Positions 1 through 8,409 of a stretch of 64,000 bases of DNA are shown here, piece after piece. A program made the position numbers and the translations under genes. The DNA comes from an uncultured Armatimonadetes bacterium (lineage in GTDB: Bacteria > Armatimonadota > UBA5829 > DTJY01). The DNA lies in NCBI GenBank assembly GCA_963717145.1, contig OY970325.1, positions 2,144,001 through 2,208,000 of the forward strand, read 5' to 3'. The stretch's first letter is position 1; each line of letters starts with the position of its first letter. The notes beneath the pieces were generated by a model. The model saw only the letters and a list, made by a program, of their open reading frames with translations. It ran no database searches and was not told the DNA's origin.

Positions 1-785
1 TCGATCACCCTGGCGAAGACGGTCAAGACCGTACCCAGGGTGTCGGCGTTCGGCTGGAATATCGGGCCGGTGACGCTCGACTCCAGGCGCTGGATCATCA
101 CGTGCAGGCTGGTCTCATCGATCAACTGGCGGAAGAACTCCTGGTCCGAGACAACCTTCCGGAACGCGTCGGTGACGTCCTGGTGGACCTCGATCCGCGT
201 CATGAGTTCCATCATGCGGATGGTCTGGTCGATGGGGGTATCGGGCTGGAACCGGCGATTCATGTCGGCGCTGTCCGCGATCCTGATGAGTTGTGCGCCC
301 AGAGGGATGTCGTCGGCCGACTTGTGGTATGGGTATCCTGAGCCGTTCCACCACTCATGGTGGTCGGCCACAAATTCGGCGGAGAGTTCGAGCCCCGGGA
401 TGCCGAGGATGATCTCCTTGCCCCTCTGCGGATGTGAGACGACCTCGGGCTTGGAGGTCTGGCTGTAGAGCGTCGGATAGTTGATTATGTGAGAGAAGCT
501 GCCCATCCCTCCAACGTCGTGGAGCAGGGCCGCGAAGAATACATCGGAGGTCTGAGCGGGCACGATCTGCTCGGCCATCGAGGCGGCGACAGCGGCGACT
601 CGCCAGGCGTGGTACAGCCTGGGATCTTCCTGAACGTCGAGTACGAACGAGAGCGCGGCGATCAGATCGCCGAAAAGCCGCGCATTGTCGCCGTCGAACG
701 GAGATTGGCAGGCGATGGCCGCTTCCTTGGCAGAAGAAGCGGACGCATTCAGGCCGGCGTAACTGAGCCCGGACATCGAGATCAT
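1..785 (-). CDS. HD-GYP domain phosphodiesterase (truncated by window edge; absent from the ORF track)
   Basis: Manual translation from ATG 785: MISMSGLS...YHAWRVA...AALLHDVG...DHHEWWNGSGYP...IPLGAQLIRIAD; HD and GYP motifs; frame open to window start. Confidence 0.85.
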   Translation of the reverse strand, partial: MISMSGLSYAGLNASASSAKEAAIACQSPFDGDNARLFGDLIAALSFVLDVQEDPRLYHAWRVAAVAASMAEQIVPAQTSDVFFAALLHDVGGMGSFSHIINYPTLYSQTSKPEVVSHPQRGKEIILGIPGLELSAEFVADHHEWWNGSGYPYHKSADDIPLGAQLIRIADSADMNRRFQPDTPIDQTIRMMELMTRIEVHQDVTDAFRKVVSDQEFFRQLIDETSLHVMIQRLESSVTGPIFQPNADTLGTVLTVFARVI

Positions 786-1016
786 GTGTATGCCCCCAAA
801 CGTGCTGGATACGCATTTTCTATTATCGGCTTCTACATTGAATTGCAGTAGGGGATACCGAGACAAGGAGAAACGATCGCCGCCGAATAATACTATCCCG
901 GCGTCCACCCACATGACGGGATGAGCCGCCGAAACGGGTAAGAAGGGTACATACTACCATGCCGTGTGCTCGACAGAGCGTTCGGGCATATGCCTGGTTA
1001 CCATTGAGGAGCAAAT

Positions 1017-2057
1017 ATGAAAGCGGTGCGTTTCCCCGAGAACCCGCTGATAACCCCGGCGGATGTGCCACCGACCAGACCTGAGTTCGAGGTCGTCTGC
1101 GTGTTCAACGCGGGAGTGGCGAGATACAAAGATGAGATCATACTCCTGCTGAGGATTGCAGAATGGGCGAAGAGCGACGAACGGGTCGCCCGTGTCCCGG
1201 TGCTCGAGGCTGAAGGGATCTGCATCCGGGAGTTCGACAAGCGAGACCCCTCCTTCGACTTCCGAGACCCGAGAGCCATCACCACGCCCAAAGGCACTCT
1301 GCTCACTTCGATCTCGCACCTGAGGGTCGCCCGAAGCAAGGACGGCATCAACTTCACCGTCGATCCCAAGCCTGCACTGTGGCCGGACAGGGCCTCGGAA
1401 GCATACGGCCTCGAGGATCCGAGGGTCACTGAGATCGACGGAACATACTACATCGCCTACAAGAGCGTGGCCCCTAACGGAATCTGCGTCAGCCTGGCGA
1501 CGACCACGGACTGGCAGACCTTCGAGAAGAGAGGCATCATCTTCGCGCCTGAGAACCTCGACGTGGCCATCTTCCCCGAGAAGATCCGGGGCCGCTACGT
1601 GTCGCTCCATCGGCCCGTACCGCGCATGTTCGGCGCGCCGAACATGTGGGTCGCCTACTCGCCCGATCTCATGTGTTGGGGGGAACACGATTTCCTGATG
1701 GGCATCCGCGAGGATTCGTGGGACAGCGGCCGAATCGGGGCGAGCGCGGTGCCGATCAAGACCGAGCGAGGCTGGCTGGAGATCTACCACGGCTCGACGG
1801 CCGATAACCACTACCACCTCGGCGCACTCCTTCTCGCACCGGATGAGCCTCACGAGATCATCGCGCGAGGTCGAGAGCCGATCCTCAGCCCGGAACAACC
1901 GTACGAGAAGGTGGGTTTCGTGCCGAACGTCGTCTTCTCCTGTGGCGCATACAATGACGGTGACCGGCTGGTGATCTACTACGGCGGCGCGGATACGGTC
2001 ATGGCCGCATGCGAGATCAGCATCAGCGAGTTGCTCGACAGCCTCGTCATAGGTTAA
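1017..2057 (+). CDS. Glycoside hydrolase family 130 (beta-mannoside phosphorylase/glycosidase)
   Basis: VFNAG, YGLEDPR, HRP, WLEIYHG, GFVPNVVFSCG, YYGGAD motifs; GAGGAG RBS. Confidence 0.9.
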   Translation: MKAVRFPENPLITPADVPPTRPEFEVVCVFNAGVARYKDEIILLLRIAEWAKSDERVARVPVLEAEGICIREFDKRDPSFDFRDPRAITTPKGTLLTSISHLRVARSKDGINFTVDPKPALWPDRASEAYGLEDPRVTEIDGTYYIAYKSVAPNGICVSLATTTDWQTFEKRGIIFAPENLDVAIFPEKIRGRYVSLHRPVPRMFGAPNMWVAYSPDLMCWGEHDFLMGIREDSWDSGRIGASAVPIKTERGWLEIYHGSTADNHYHLGALLLAPDEPHEIIARGREPILSPEQPYEKVGFVPNVVFSCGAYNDGDRLVIYYGGADTVMAACEISISELLDSLVIG

Positions 2058-2072
2058 CATAGGGCAGAATGG

Positions 2073-2154
2073 ATGGGGAATGGTTGATGGTTCATGGTTG
2101 ATGGGGAGGCCAGTCTCCTTCCCCATTAGCCATCAACCATCAACCATTCCCCAT
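2073..2154. repeat. Heptamer-repeat hairpin (ATGGTTG)n...(CAACCAT)n, copy 1
   Basis: Tandem 7-mers arranged as inverted arms between genes. Confidence 0.85.
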
Positions 2155-2172
2155 TCCGCAAGGAGGAAGCAC

Positions 2173-3243
2173 ATGCCAGTCAAGATCGCAATCATCGGCG
2201 CCGGCAAGTTCGGAGAGGTACATCTCAAGACGTTCAAGCAGCTCGAGATGCTGGGAGTCGCCGAGCTTAAGGGCTTCAGCACTGTCAAGCAGAACGAGAT
2301 CGACCTCTACGAGCCGATGTACGGCGTCAAGGGGTACCTCGACTACAAGGAGATGCTGGCAAAGGAAGATATCGACGGCGTCACGGTCGTCACCCCGGAC
2401 TTCCTCCACCGCGAGATAGCCGTCTACGCCGCGAACCAGGGCAAGCATATCCTCTGCGAGAAACCGCTCGATGTCACCGTCGAGGGCTGCACCGAGATGA
2501 TCGAGGCAGCGAAGAGGAACAACGTCTTGCTCGAGGTCGACTTCCACAAGCGTTACGACCCCGATCACTTGGCGGTCGAAGCCGGAGTCCGCGCCGGGAA
2601 GATCGGCGACCCGCTCTACGGCCAGTGCTACATGGAGGACCGCATCGAGGTCCCTGTCGACTGGTTCGCTCACTGGGCGCCGCACGGATCGCCTGTGTGG
2701 TTCCTCGGCAGCCACTTCGTCGACCTCATCCGCTGGATCATCAAGTCGGACGGCGAGTCGGTCTACGCCACCGGGAGCAAGAAGAAGCTGCTCGGCGAGT
2801 TCGGCATCGACATGTACGACTCGGCGAGCGCCAAGGTCGTCTTCAAGAACGGCGCTTCGTTTTCGTTCGACGTCTCGTGGATCATCCCCCGCAAGTTCGA
2901 AGCGATCGTCAACCAGGGCATGCGGATCGTCGGCACGGACGGCCTCTGGGAGGTGGACAGCCAGGACCGCGGCGACCGATCGTGCTCCCAGGACGACGGG
3001 ATGCGCACCTGGAACAACAACTTCATGCGCGAGGAAAAAGACAAGCACGGTCGAACCATATACAGGGGCTACGGCGTCGAGAGCATCGCGGATTTTGCCT
3101 ACAACGTCGAGTTCCTGAAGGATGGCGGGACGCTCGGTGATCTCGCCGGCAAGTATCCCTCAGGCGAGGATGGCCGCGAGGTGACCCGCATCTGCGCGGG
3201 GATTCACAAGAGCATGGAGACCGGCGAGATCATCAGGCTATGA
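2173..3243 (+). CDS. Gfo/Idh/MocA family NAD(P)-dependent oxidoreductase
   Basis: IAIIGAGKFG Rossmann motif, HILCEKP, GSHFVD; AGGAGG RBS before ATG 2173. Confidence 0.9.
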   Translation: MPVKIAIIGAGKFGEVHLKTFKQLEMLGVAELKGFSTVKQNEIDLYEPMYGVKGYLDYKEMLAKEDIDGVTVVTPDFLHREIAVYAANQGKHILCEKPLDVTVEGCTEMIEAAKRNNVLLEVDFHKRYDPDHLAVEAGVRAGKIGDPLYGQCYMEDRIEVPVDWFAHWAPHGSPVWFLGSHFVDLIRWIIKSDGESVYATGSKKKLLGEFGIDMYDSASAKVVFKNGASFSFDVSWIIPRKFEAIVNQGMRIVGTDGLWEVDSQDRGDRSCSQDDGMRTWNNNFMREEKDKHGRTIYRGYGVESIADFAYNVEFLKDGGTLGDLAGKYPSGEDGREVTRICAGIHKSMETGEIIRL

Positions 3244-3248
3244 TTCTG

Positions 3249-3477
3249 AACTGGTCGCATTTTGCGACCAGTTGGGTGTCAGGTTATAAGTATAAATCAT
3301 GCCACGGGTTGGCTGGAGTACATCTTGAGATCACAGAATGTGATCTCAAGTGCCCGGCAGTCAATGCGTTTGAGGTTGCATTCTGCAACCTCAAACCGAA
3401 TCCACTATGGCCAGTTTTGTCCTCCCGTGGAGTCTTTGAGGTCGCATTCTGCGACCTCAAAGACTCCACGGGAGGAC
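3249..3477. repeat. Array of four perfect palindromes, consensus TTGAGGTCGCA-NNN-TGCGACCTCAA (3249-3273, 3324-3350, 3368-3396, 3419-3477)
   Basis: Arms of 11, 12, 13 and 28 bp, each perfectly complementary around a 3-nt loop; fifth copy inside the downstream gene at 3699-3731. Confidence 0.9.
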
Positions 3478-3495
3478 TTCGAACGGAGGCATCTA

Positions 3496-4068
3496 GTGAC
3501 AGAAGCAGAGCAGTCTCTTGTACCTGTTGAGGCAATTGCCGGATTGATCCTTGTGCTCCGTGGACAGAAGGTCATTCTCGACGCGGACTTGGCGCATCTG
3601 TATGGCGTCACCACCAGACGCCTCAATGAGCAGGCAAAGCGCAACCGCGAACGGTTTCCTGACGATTTCGTGTTTCAGCTCAACGATGAGGAGACACAGA
3701 ACTTGATGTCGCATTTTGCGACATCAAGTTCCTCAAGACACGGAGGCCGTCGGAAGAACCCTTGGGCCTTCACAGAACACGGCGCACTGATGGCAGCCAT
3801 GATCTTGAACTCGCCAACCGCAGTCGAAGCAAGCGTCTACGTCGTTCGGGCGTTCATCCGGCTGAGGGAACTGCTCTATACACATGCCGAACTGTCACAC
3901 AAGCTCGCCGAACTGGAATCCCGAGTGGACCACCATGATGACGATATCGCCATGCTGTTGGAGGCGATCCACCAGCTCCTGACCCCGCCCGAGCCGCCCC
4001 CACAGCGGAAGATCGGATACCGTGTAAGAGAACCCGGACGCCGTTACGTAGTGAGCCGCAAGAACTAG
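3496..4068 (+). CDS. ORF6N domain DNA-binding protein
   Basis: LRGQKVILDADLAHLYGVTTRRLNEQAKRNRERFPDDFVFQL...GGRR...AFTEHGALMAAMILNS...VVRAFIRLR; GGAGG RBS before GTG 3496 (frame open from 3262). Confidence 0.9.
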   Translation: MTEAEQSLVPVEAIAGLILVLRGQKVILDADLAHLYGVTTRRLNEQAKRNRERFPDDFVFQLNDEETQNLMSHFATSSSSRHGGRRKNPWAFTEHGALMAAMILNSPTAVEASVYVVRAFIRLRELLYTHAELSHKLAELESRVDHHDDDIAMLLEAIHQLLTPPEPPPQRKIGYRVREPGRRYVVSRKN

Positions 4069-4080
4069 AGGAGAGAGATC

Positions 4081-5400
4081 ATGCCTGTACCAAGTATCAA
4101 GACCGAGCTTCCCGGGCCGAATGCCCAGAGATTCATCGAAATGTCGCGGCAGTACGAGCCGAATTCGATGTCCGACCAGGTGCCCGCCGTCTGGCAGCGC
4201 GCCGAGGGCGTCGTCGTCGAGGACGTCGACGGCAACACGTTCATCGACTTCACGTCCGGCGTGCTGGTGACCAACATCGGTCACTGCCATCCCAAGCAGG
4301 TGGCGGCGATCCGGGAGCAGGCCGGCGAGGTCATGAACTCCTACGATTTCGTGAATCCCTGGCGGGCTCAGCTCGCGAAGAAGCTCGTCGAGATCACCGC
4401 CGACAACCTCGATAAGGCGTTCATCCTCTCCACAGGCGGCGAGGCGGTTGAAGCAGCGATCAAGGTCGCCCGACGTTACACCGGCAAGTACGAGGTCATC
4501 GCGTTCCACGGCGCGTTCCACGGGCGCACGTACATGGCGATGAGCGTCGGCGGCAAGCAGGGCATCAAACGCGATTTCGGGCCGATGGTGCCCGGCGTAC
4601 TCCATGCGCCGAATGCCTACTGCTATCGGTGCATATTCGACCAGAAGTTTCCCGACTGCAACTACACCTGCCTGCGATACCTCGACCGCCTGATCGAGAC
4701 CGAAAGCACCGGTAACGTCGGCACGCTGATCACCGAGTCGTATCAGGGCGGCGCGGGCTCGATCATCCCGCCGGGCGAGTATATGCAGCGCCTGAAGAAG
4801 TGGTGCGAGGACCGGGACATCCTCTTCATCCTCGACGAGGTTCAGTCGTCGTTCGGCCGCACGGGCAAGATGTTCGCATACGAGCACTGGGGCATCAAGC
4901 CGAACCTGCTGACGCTCGGGAAGGGAATCGGCAGCGGAGTCCCGATCTCGGCGCTCGTCGGCGAATCGAAGATCTTCGACGTCCTGGAGCCGGGCAGCAT
5001 GTCGAGCACCAGCGGCGGCAATCCGCTCTGCTCCCGGGCGGCGCTCACCTCGATTCAGGTCATCGAGGAGGAGAAGCTGGTCGAGAAGTCGAGGAAGTCC
5101 GGCGAGTTGATGCTCGATCGCCTCAACGAAATGATGCGCAAATACGAGATGATCGGAGATGTCCGGAGCATGGGCCTCGTCGCCGGCGTCGAGATCGTGA
5201 AGGACAAGGCGAGCAAGACGCCCGATGCCGCCGCGACGAAGCGGATCACCGAGGAGGCGTTCCGGCGCGGGCTGATCATGATCGCGCCGATCGGGTTCTA
5301 CGGCAACGTCCTGCGCATCGCCCCACCGCTTGTGATCTCAGAGGAGCACCTCAACAAGGGCCTCGACATCATGGAAGATGTGATCAGAAACCTGTCATAA
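4081..5400 (+). CDS. Class III PLP-dependent aminotransferase (GabT-like)
   Basis: IDFTSG, AFHGRT, FILDEVQSSFGRTG, TLGKGIGSG. Confidence 0.9.
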   Translation: MPVPSIKTELPGPNAQRFIEMSRQYEPNSMSDQVPAVWQRAEGVVVEDVDGNTFIDFTSGVLVTNIGHCHPKQVAAIREQAGEVMNSYDFVNPWRAQLAKKLVEITADNLDKAFILSTGGEAVEAAIKVARRYTGKYEVIAFHGAFHGRTYMAMSVGGKQGIKRDFGPMVPGVLHAPNAYCYRCIFDQKFPDCNYTCLRYLDRLIETESTGNVGTLITESYQGGAGSIIPPGEYMQRLKKWCEDRDILFILDEVQSSFGRTGKMFAYEHWGIKPNLLTLGKGIGSGVPISALVGESKIFDVLEPGSMSSTSGGNPLCSRAALTSIQVIEEEKLVEKSRKSGELMLDRLNEMMRKYEMIGDVRSMGLVAGVEIVKDKASKTPDAAATKRITEEAFRRGLIMIAPIGFYGNVLRIAPPLVISEEHLNKGLDIMEDVIRNLS

Positions 5401-5434
5401 CGCCTGCGGCCGGCGGCATGGAGGAGGCAGACAT

Positions 5435-5878
5435 ATGGCTGGGAGACCGCGGCTTGCGGAACTGTGGCCGAGCTTCGTGGGTTTCATAGGATCGGTGTTG
5501 GTACTGATAGGTCTCTGGAGAAGCTATTGGATATGCTTCGGTGTGGGCCTGATGATAGAACTGGTTTACGGCGTCTGGCTGCTTACTCGACATGAGAAAG
5601 AAGATCCCTTATCTCTATCAGAGAAGGCAAAGTCTGAGATAGGTCCGCTCGGCAAACCGGAGTTCAAGATCTCCCTGGTAGATCCGGGAGAGAGGAAGAG
5701 AGAGGTAATCAGATGTTTGCGCCATCTCTATGAGAGTGGAATAGAAACGACTTTGTCTCTGGTTCGGGATACGCCGAGCGTTCTGGGGATGGCGGTTTCA
5801 AAGGAAGAGGCTGATTTTGTGGCGAGCCGTCTCAGGGAATGTGGCGCACAGATTGATATTGAGAGAGTCCAGGAGTAA
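5435..5878 (+). CDS. Membrane protein with C-terminal ribosomal L7/L12-like domain
   Basis: Two N-terminal hydrophobic helices; C-terminal KREVIRCLR...TPSVL...SKEEADFVASRLRECGA resembles the L7/L12 CTD; GGAGG RBS. Confidence 0.6.
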   Translation: MAGRPRLAELWPSFVGFIGSVLVLIGLWRSYWICFGVGLMIELVYGVWLLTRHEKEDPLSLSEKAKSEIGPLGKPEFKISLVDPGERKREVIRCLRHLYESGIETTLSLVRDTPSVLGMAVSKEEADFVASRLRECGAQIDIERVQE

Positions 5879-5881
5879 CCC

Positions 5882-6925
5882 ATGCCTGTACCTGATCTGC
5901 ACGAACGACTCGAGACACTCGATGCATTGGTGGACCCGGCGCACGTGGCCGAGTCCGAGCGGCTGCTGGAGGATGCGCTCCTCTATCGCGAGGTTTCACG
6001 ACTCCCTATGATCGAAGCCAAAGGCGTGGAGGGATGGCCGACGTACCCCTACTCGGAGGCATTCCACGACATCGAGAAGATGCTCATCAACGAGTTGGCC
6101 AGCATCTACGTCGGCGCGAATCTGCGGGACGACCGAATGTACACCATCCGCGCGAACTACGGCGTCGGTGCGATGGCCTCGCTGTTCGGCTGCAAGACCT
6201 CGCTCACGATGAACAACATGCCCTGGTGCGAGGCGCTTTCCGAGCGGGAACTCCTCAGAGCGCTCGACCGGGGCGTCCCGGATGTGACGACCGCCGGTCT
6301 CGGTTCGCGGGTATTCCAGACCGAGCGTTTCTACCTGAGTACGCTGTCGGAGTACCCAAACCTGAGCAAGGCCGTCAAGATCTTCATGTGCGACACTCAG
6401 GGGCCCTTCGATACGGCGCATCTGGTCATGGGTCATCGAATCTACACGGAGATCTACGACAACCCCAACCTGGTGCATCGCCTGCTCGATCTCGTCACAG
6501 AGACCTCCAACCGGTTCACTCATGCGCAGAAGAAGCTCATCGGCGAGGGGAACGAGTGGAGCTTCCACTCCCAGACGAGGGTTCGCGGCGGCATCAGAAT
6601 CTGCGAGGACGCGCCGACGAACATCTCAGGCGACTCATACGTGGAGTTCTGCCGGCCATACAATGAGCGCGCGCTCGCGGAGTTCAGCGGCGGATGGATC
6701 CATTACTGCGGGAACGGCCGCCAGATCCTCCCGCACGTCCTGGATACACCGGGCGTGCTCGGCATCAACTTCGGCAACCCCGAGATGCAGGACCTGGATG
6801 CGCTCTACGAGGTGACCCGCGAGCGGGGAATCGGCATCATAAGCTGGAGCGGACCGTTCACACCGGAGCAGGGCGACCGCATGCGAACCGGCATCAGCCT
6901 GATCGGAAAGCGGGGGAATGGTTGA
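5882..6925 (+). CDS. Uroporphyrinogen decarboxylase-like (URO-D/methyltransferase superfamily) protein
   Basis: DTQGPFDTAHLV, YVEFCRPY, IHYCG motifs. Confidence 0.75.
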   Translation: MPVPDLHERLETLDALVDPAHVAESERLLEDALLYREVSRLPMIEAKGVEGWPTYPYSEAFHDIEKMLINELASIYVGANLRDDRMYTIRANYGVGAMASLFGCKTSLTMNNMPWCEALSERELLRALDRGVPDVTTAGLGSRVFQTERFYLSTLSEYPNLSKAVKIFMCDTQGPFDTAHLVMGHRIYTEIYDNPNLVHRLLDLVTETSNRFTHAQKKLIGEGNEWSFHSQTRVRGGIRICEDAPTNISGDSYVEFCRPYNERALAEFSGGWIHYCGNGRQILPHVLDTPGVLGINFGNPEMQDLDALYEVTRERGIGIISWSGPFTPEQGDRMRTGISLIGKRGNG

Positions 6926-7004
6926 TGGTTGATGGTTCATGGTTAATGCGGGACGGGAGCGGTCTCCCATTAACCATGAACCATCAGCCATCAACCATTC
7001 CCCC
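6912..7004. repeat. Heptamer-repeat hairpin, copy 2 (contains the stop codon of the upstream gene)
   Basis: GGGGGAATGGTTGATGGTTGATGGTTCATGGTTAATG...CATTAACCATGAACCATCAGCCATCAACCATTCCCCC. Confidence 0.85.
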
Positions 7005-7017
7005 TGAGGGAGCAACC

Positions 7018-7806
7018 GTGGACAACGTCGTCTCGATTCTCGACCGATACTTCTCGCTGTACCTGGGCACCGACCGCCGAACGATCCCTCCCGGCACGGT
7101 CAGGCTCGTCTCGTCGCCGATGCGCGAGATTGAGGACACGTTCTGGGAATACGTCCGCCTCGTCCTCTGCGGAACCGCATTCGACCGAGGCGTCATCTCG
7201 GTCCACCTCGCCCTGCTCGAGGAGGCTCAGAAGCTCGTGCCGCCGGACGCCAAGCCGTCCATCATCTTCGACCCGACGTTCCAGGAGAAGATGATCGCGC
7301 TCACCCGAGAGAAGCTGTCCTATCTGGGAGACATCCAGCCGTTCACCGGTTACGCTTTCTACTGCGCGCCGCAGACCCTCAAGTTCCACCCCAACTATGA
7401 GGTGCGCAGCATACAGCCCGACGACCGCCACAAGTTCATGCTCCTTGCCGGCGACGAGCGGATGCTCAAGTACATGTGGGACAACATCTACTGGTCGGTG
7501 TGCCAGGGGACGGCATACGGGATCCAGCGGCACGGATACTACGTCTCGTTTGCCGCCGAGTACCAGATTCCCTACATGCAGGACGAGGTCGCGGAGGTGC
7601 TGATACTCACCGGCGAGGAGTATCGGGGACGCGGATACGGGAAGTCGTGCGTGTCGGCGGTGACGAAAGCGGTCATGGATCAGTGCCGGGTGCCGCTCTA
7701 TCGCGTGGACGAGCATAACATCGCGTCGGTGCGAACGGCCAAGTCGCTGGGATACCAGGCTTACTCCGAATGGTTCTCATGCAGACTGGTATCAAAGAAT
7801 TCTTGA
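7018..7806 (+). CDS. GNAT family N-acetyltransferase (C-terminal GNAT domain)
   Basis: YRGRGYGKSCV acetyl-CoA motif A, NIASVRTAKSLGY; GAGGGAG RBS before GTG 7018. Confidence 0.8.
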   Translation: MDNVVSILDRYFSLYLGTDRRTIPPGTVRLVSSPMREIEDTFWEYVRLVLCGTAFDRGVISVHLALLEEAQKLVPPDAKPSIIFDPTFQEKMIALTREKLSYLGDIQPFTGYAFYCAPQTLKFHPNYEVRSIQPDDRHKFMLLAGDERMLKYMWDNIYWSVCQGTAYGIQRHGYYVSFAAEYQIPYMQDEVAEVLILTGEEYRGRGYGKSCVSAVTKAVMDQCRVPLYRVDEHNIASVRTAKSLGYQAYSEWFSCRLVSKNS

Positions 7807-7821
7807 GCGGAACGCCCCGAA

Positions 7822-7837
7822 TGGCACGCTTTTTGCA
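7822..7837 (+). promoter_or_regulatory. Sigma54 (-24/-12) promoter
   Basis: TGGCACGCTTTTTGCA matches TGGCAC-N5-TTGCA with exact GG/GC spacing. Confidence 0.75.
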
Positions 7838-7847
7838 CTATATGCTT

Positions 7848-7954
7848 ACATACTCTACTCCTTCCATCCTTGCGTGAGGAGTGCAACGCACTCTGATCCG
7901 AGGGCATCTCTAAACGCCCGCGGGTGATCACATCACCTGCGGGCCTTCTTTTTT
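7848..7954 (+). ncRNA. Candidate sigma54-dependent small RNA (~107 nt)
   Basis: Bounded by the sigma54 promoter and an intrinsic terminator; no convincing ORF. Confidence 0.5.
7916..7954 (+). terminator. Rho-independent terminator
   Basis: GCCCGCGGGTGAT-CAC-ATCACCTGCGGGC followed by CTTCTTTTTT. Confidence 0.85.
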
Positions 7955-8022
7955 GTTACAGCTCACGATTGTTGATCGCGCAAGCCACGGGCTGTCATTC
8001 TTCGCTCTGTTTCTAAGAAAGC

Positions 8023-8143
8023 ACCACCGTCAGTCCTGAGTTCGCCGGTGAATGACGGCGTGTAACGAAGGACGGCTCGGTGCAGCAAGGCCGTCCTTCG
8101 TTACACGCCGTCATTCACCGGCGAACTCAGGACTGACGGTGGT
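8023..8143. repeat. Long palindromic (REP/MITE-like) element family A, copy 1
   Basis: 54-bp perfect inverted arms, 13-nt loop; homologous to 22368-22482 and 63115-63229. Confidence 0.95.
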
Positions 8144-8211
8144 TTCTCACAGAAATAACTGAGCAGCGATGTGCTCAGAATGACATCCGATACCCTTTTT
8201 TCGGTAACCTG

Positions 8212-8240
8212 GGAACAATACTAGCTACCAAGCAGTCAGA
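8212..8240 (+). promoter_or_regulatory. Possible ECF (sigmaE-like) promoter
   Basis: GGAACAA-N16-GTCAGA versus consensus GGAACTT-N16-GTCAAA. Confidence 0.4.
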
Positions 8241-8365
8241 CAAACTGGCGTTTGGTGTCGTTCCATGCAGGTGGAGCGGATCAGAGGCCGATTGCATACA
8301 TATCGTTCTTCATCTGATGTGCACCGATCAATGGATGACCGGTGGTTTGCCATCCCCCATGAGGC

Positions 8366-8396
8366 AGCCCGTTCAAGCGAACGGGCTTCTTTTTTT
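8366..8396 (+). terminator. Rho-independent terminator (plus-strand U tract)
   Basis: AGCCCGTTC-AAGC-GAACGGGCT followed by TCTTTTTTT. Confidence 0.8.
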
Positions 8397-8409
8397 CGCT
8401 GGGAGAAGC

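Noticed and set aside
3249-3477. Mini CRISPR array
   Set aside because: Repeats are non-identical perfect palindromes with irregular centre spacing (76, 45, 66 bp), no cas genes are present, and one copy is protein-coding
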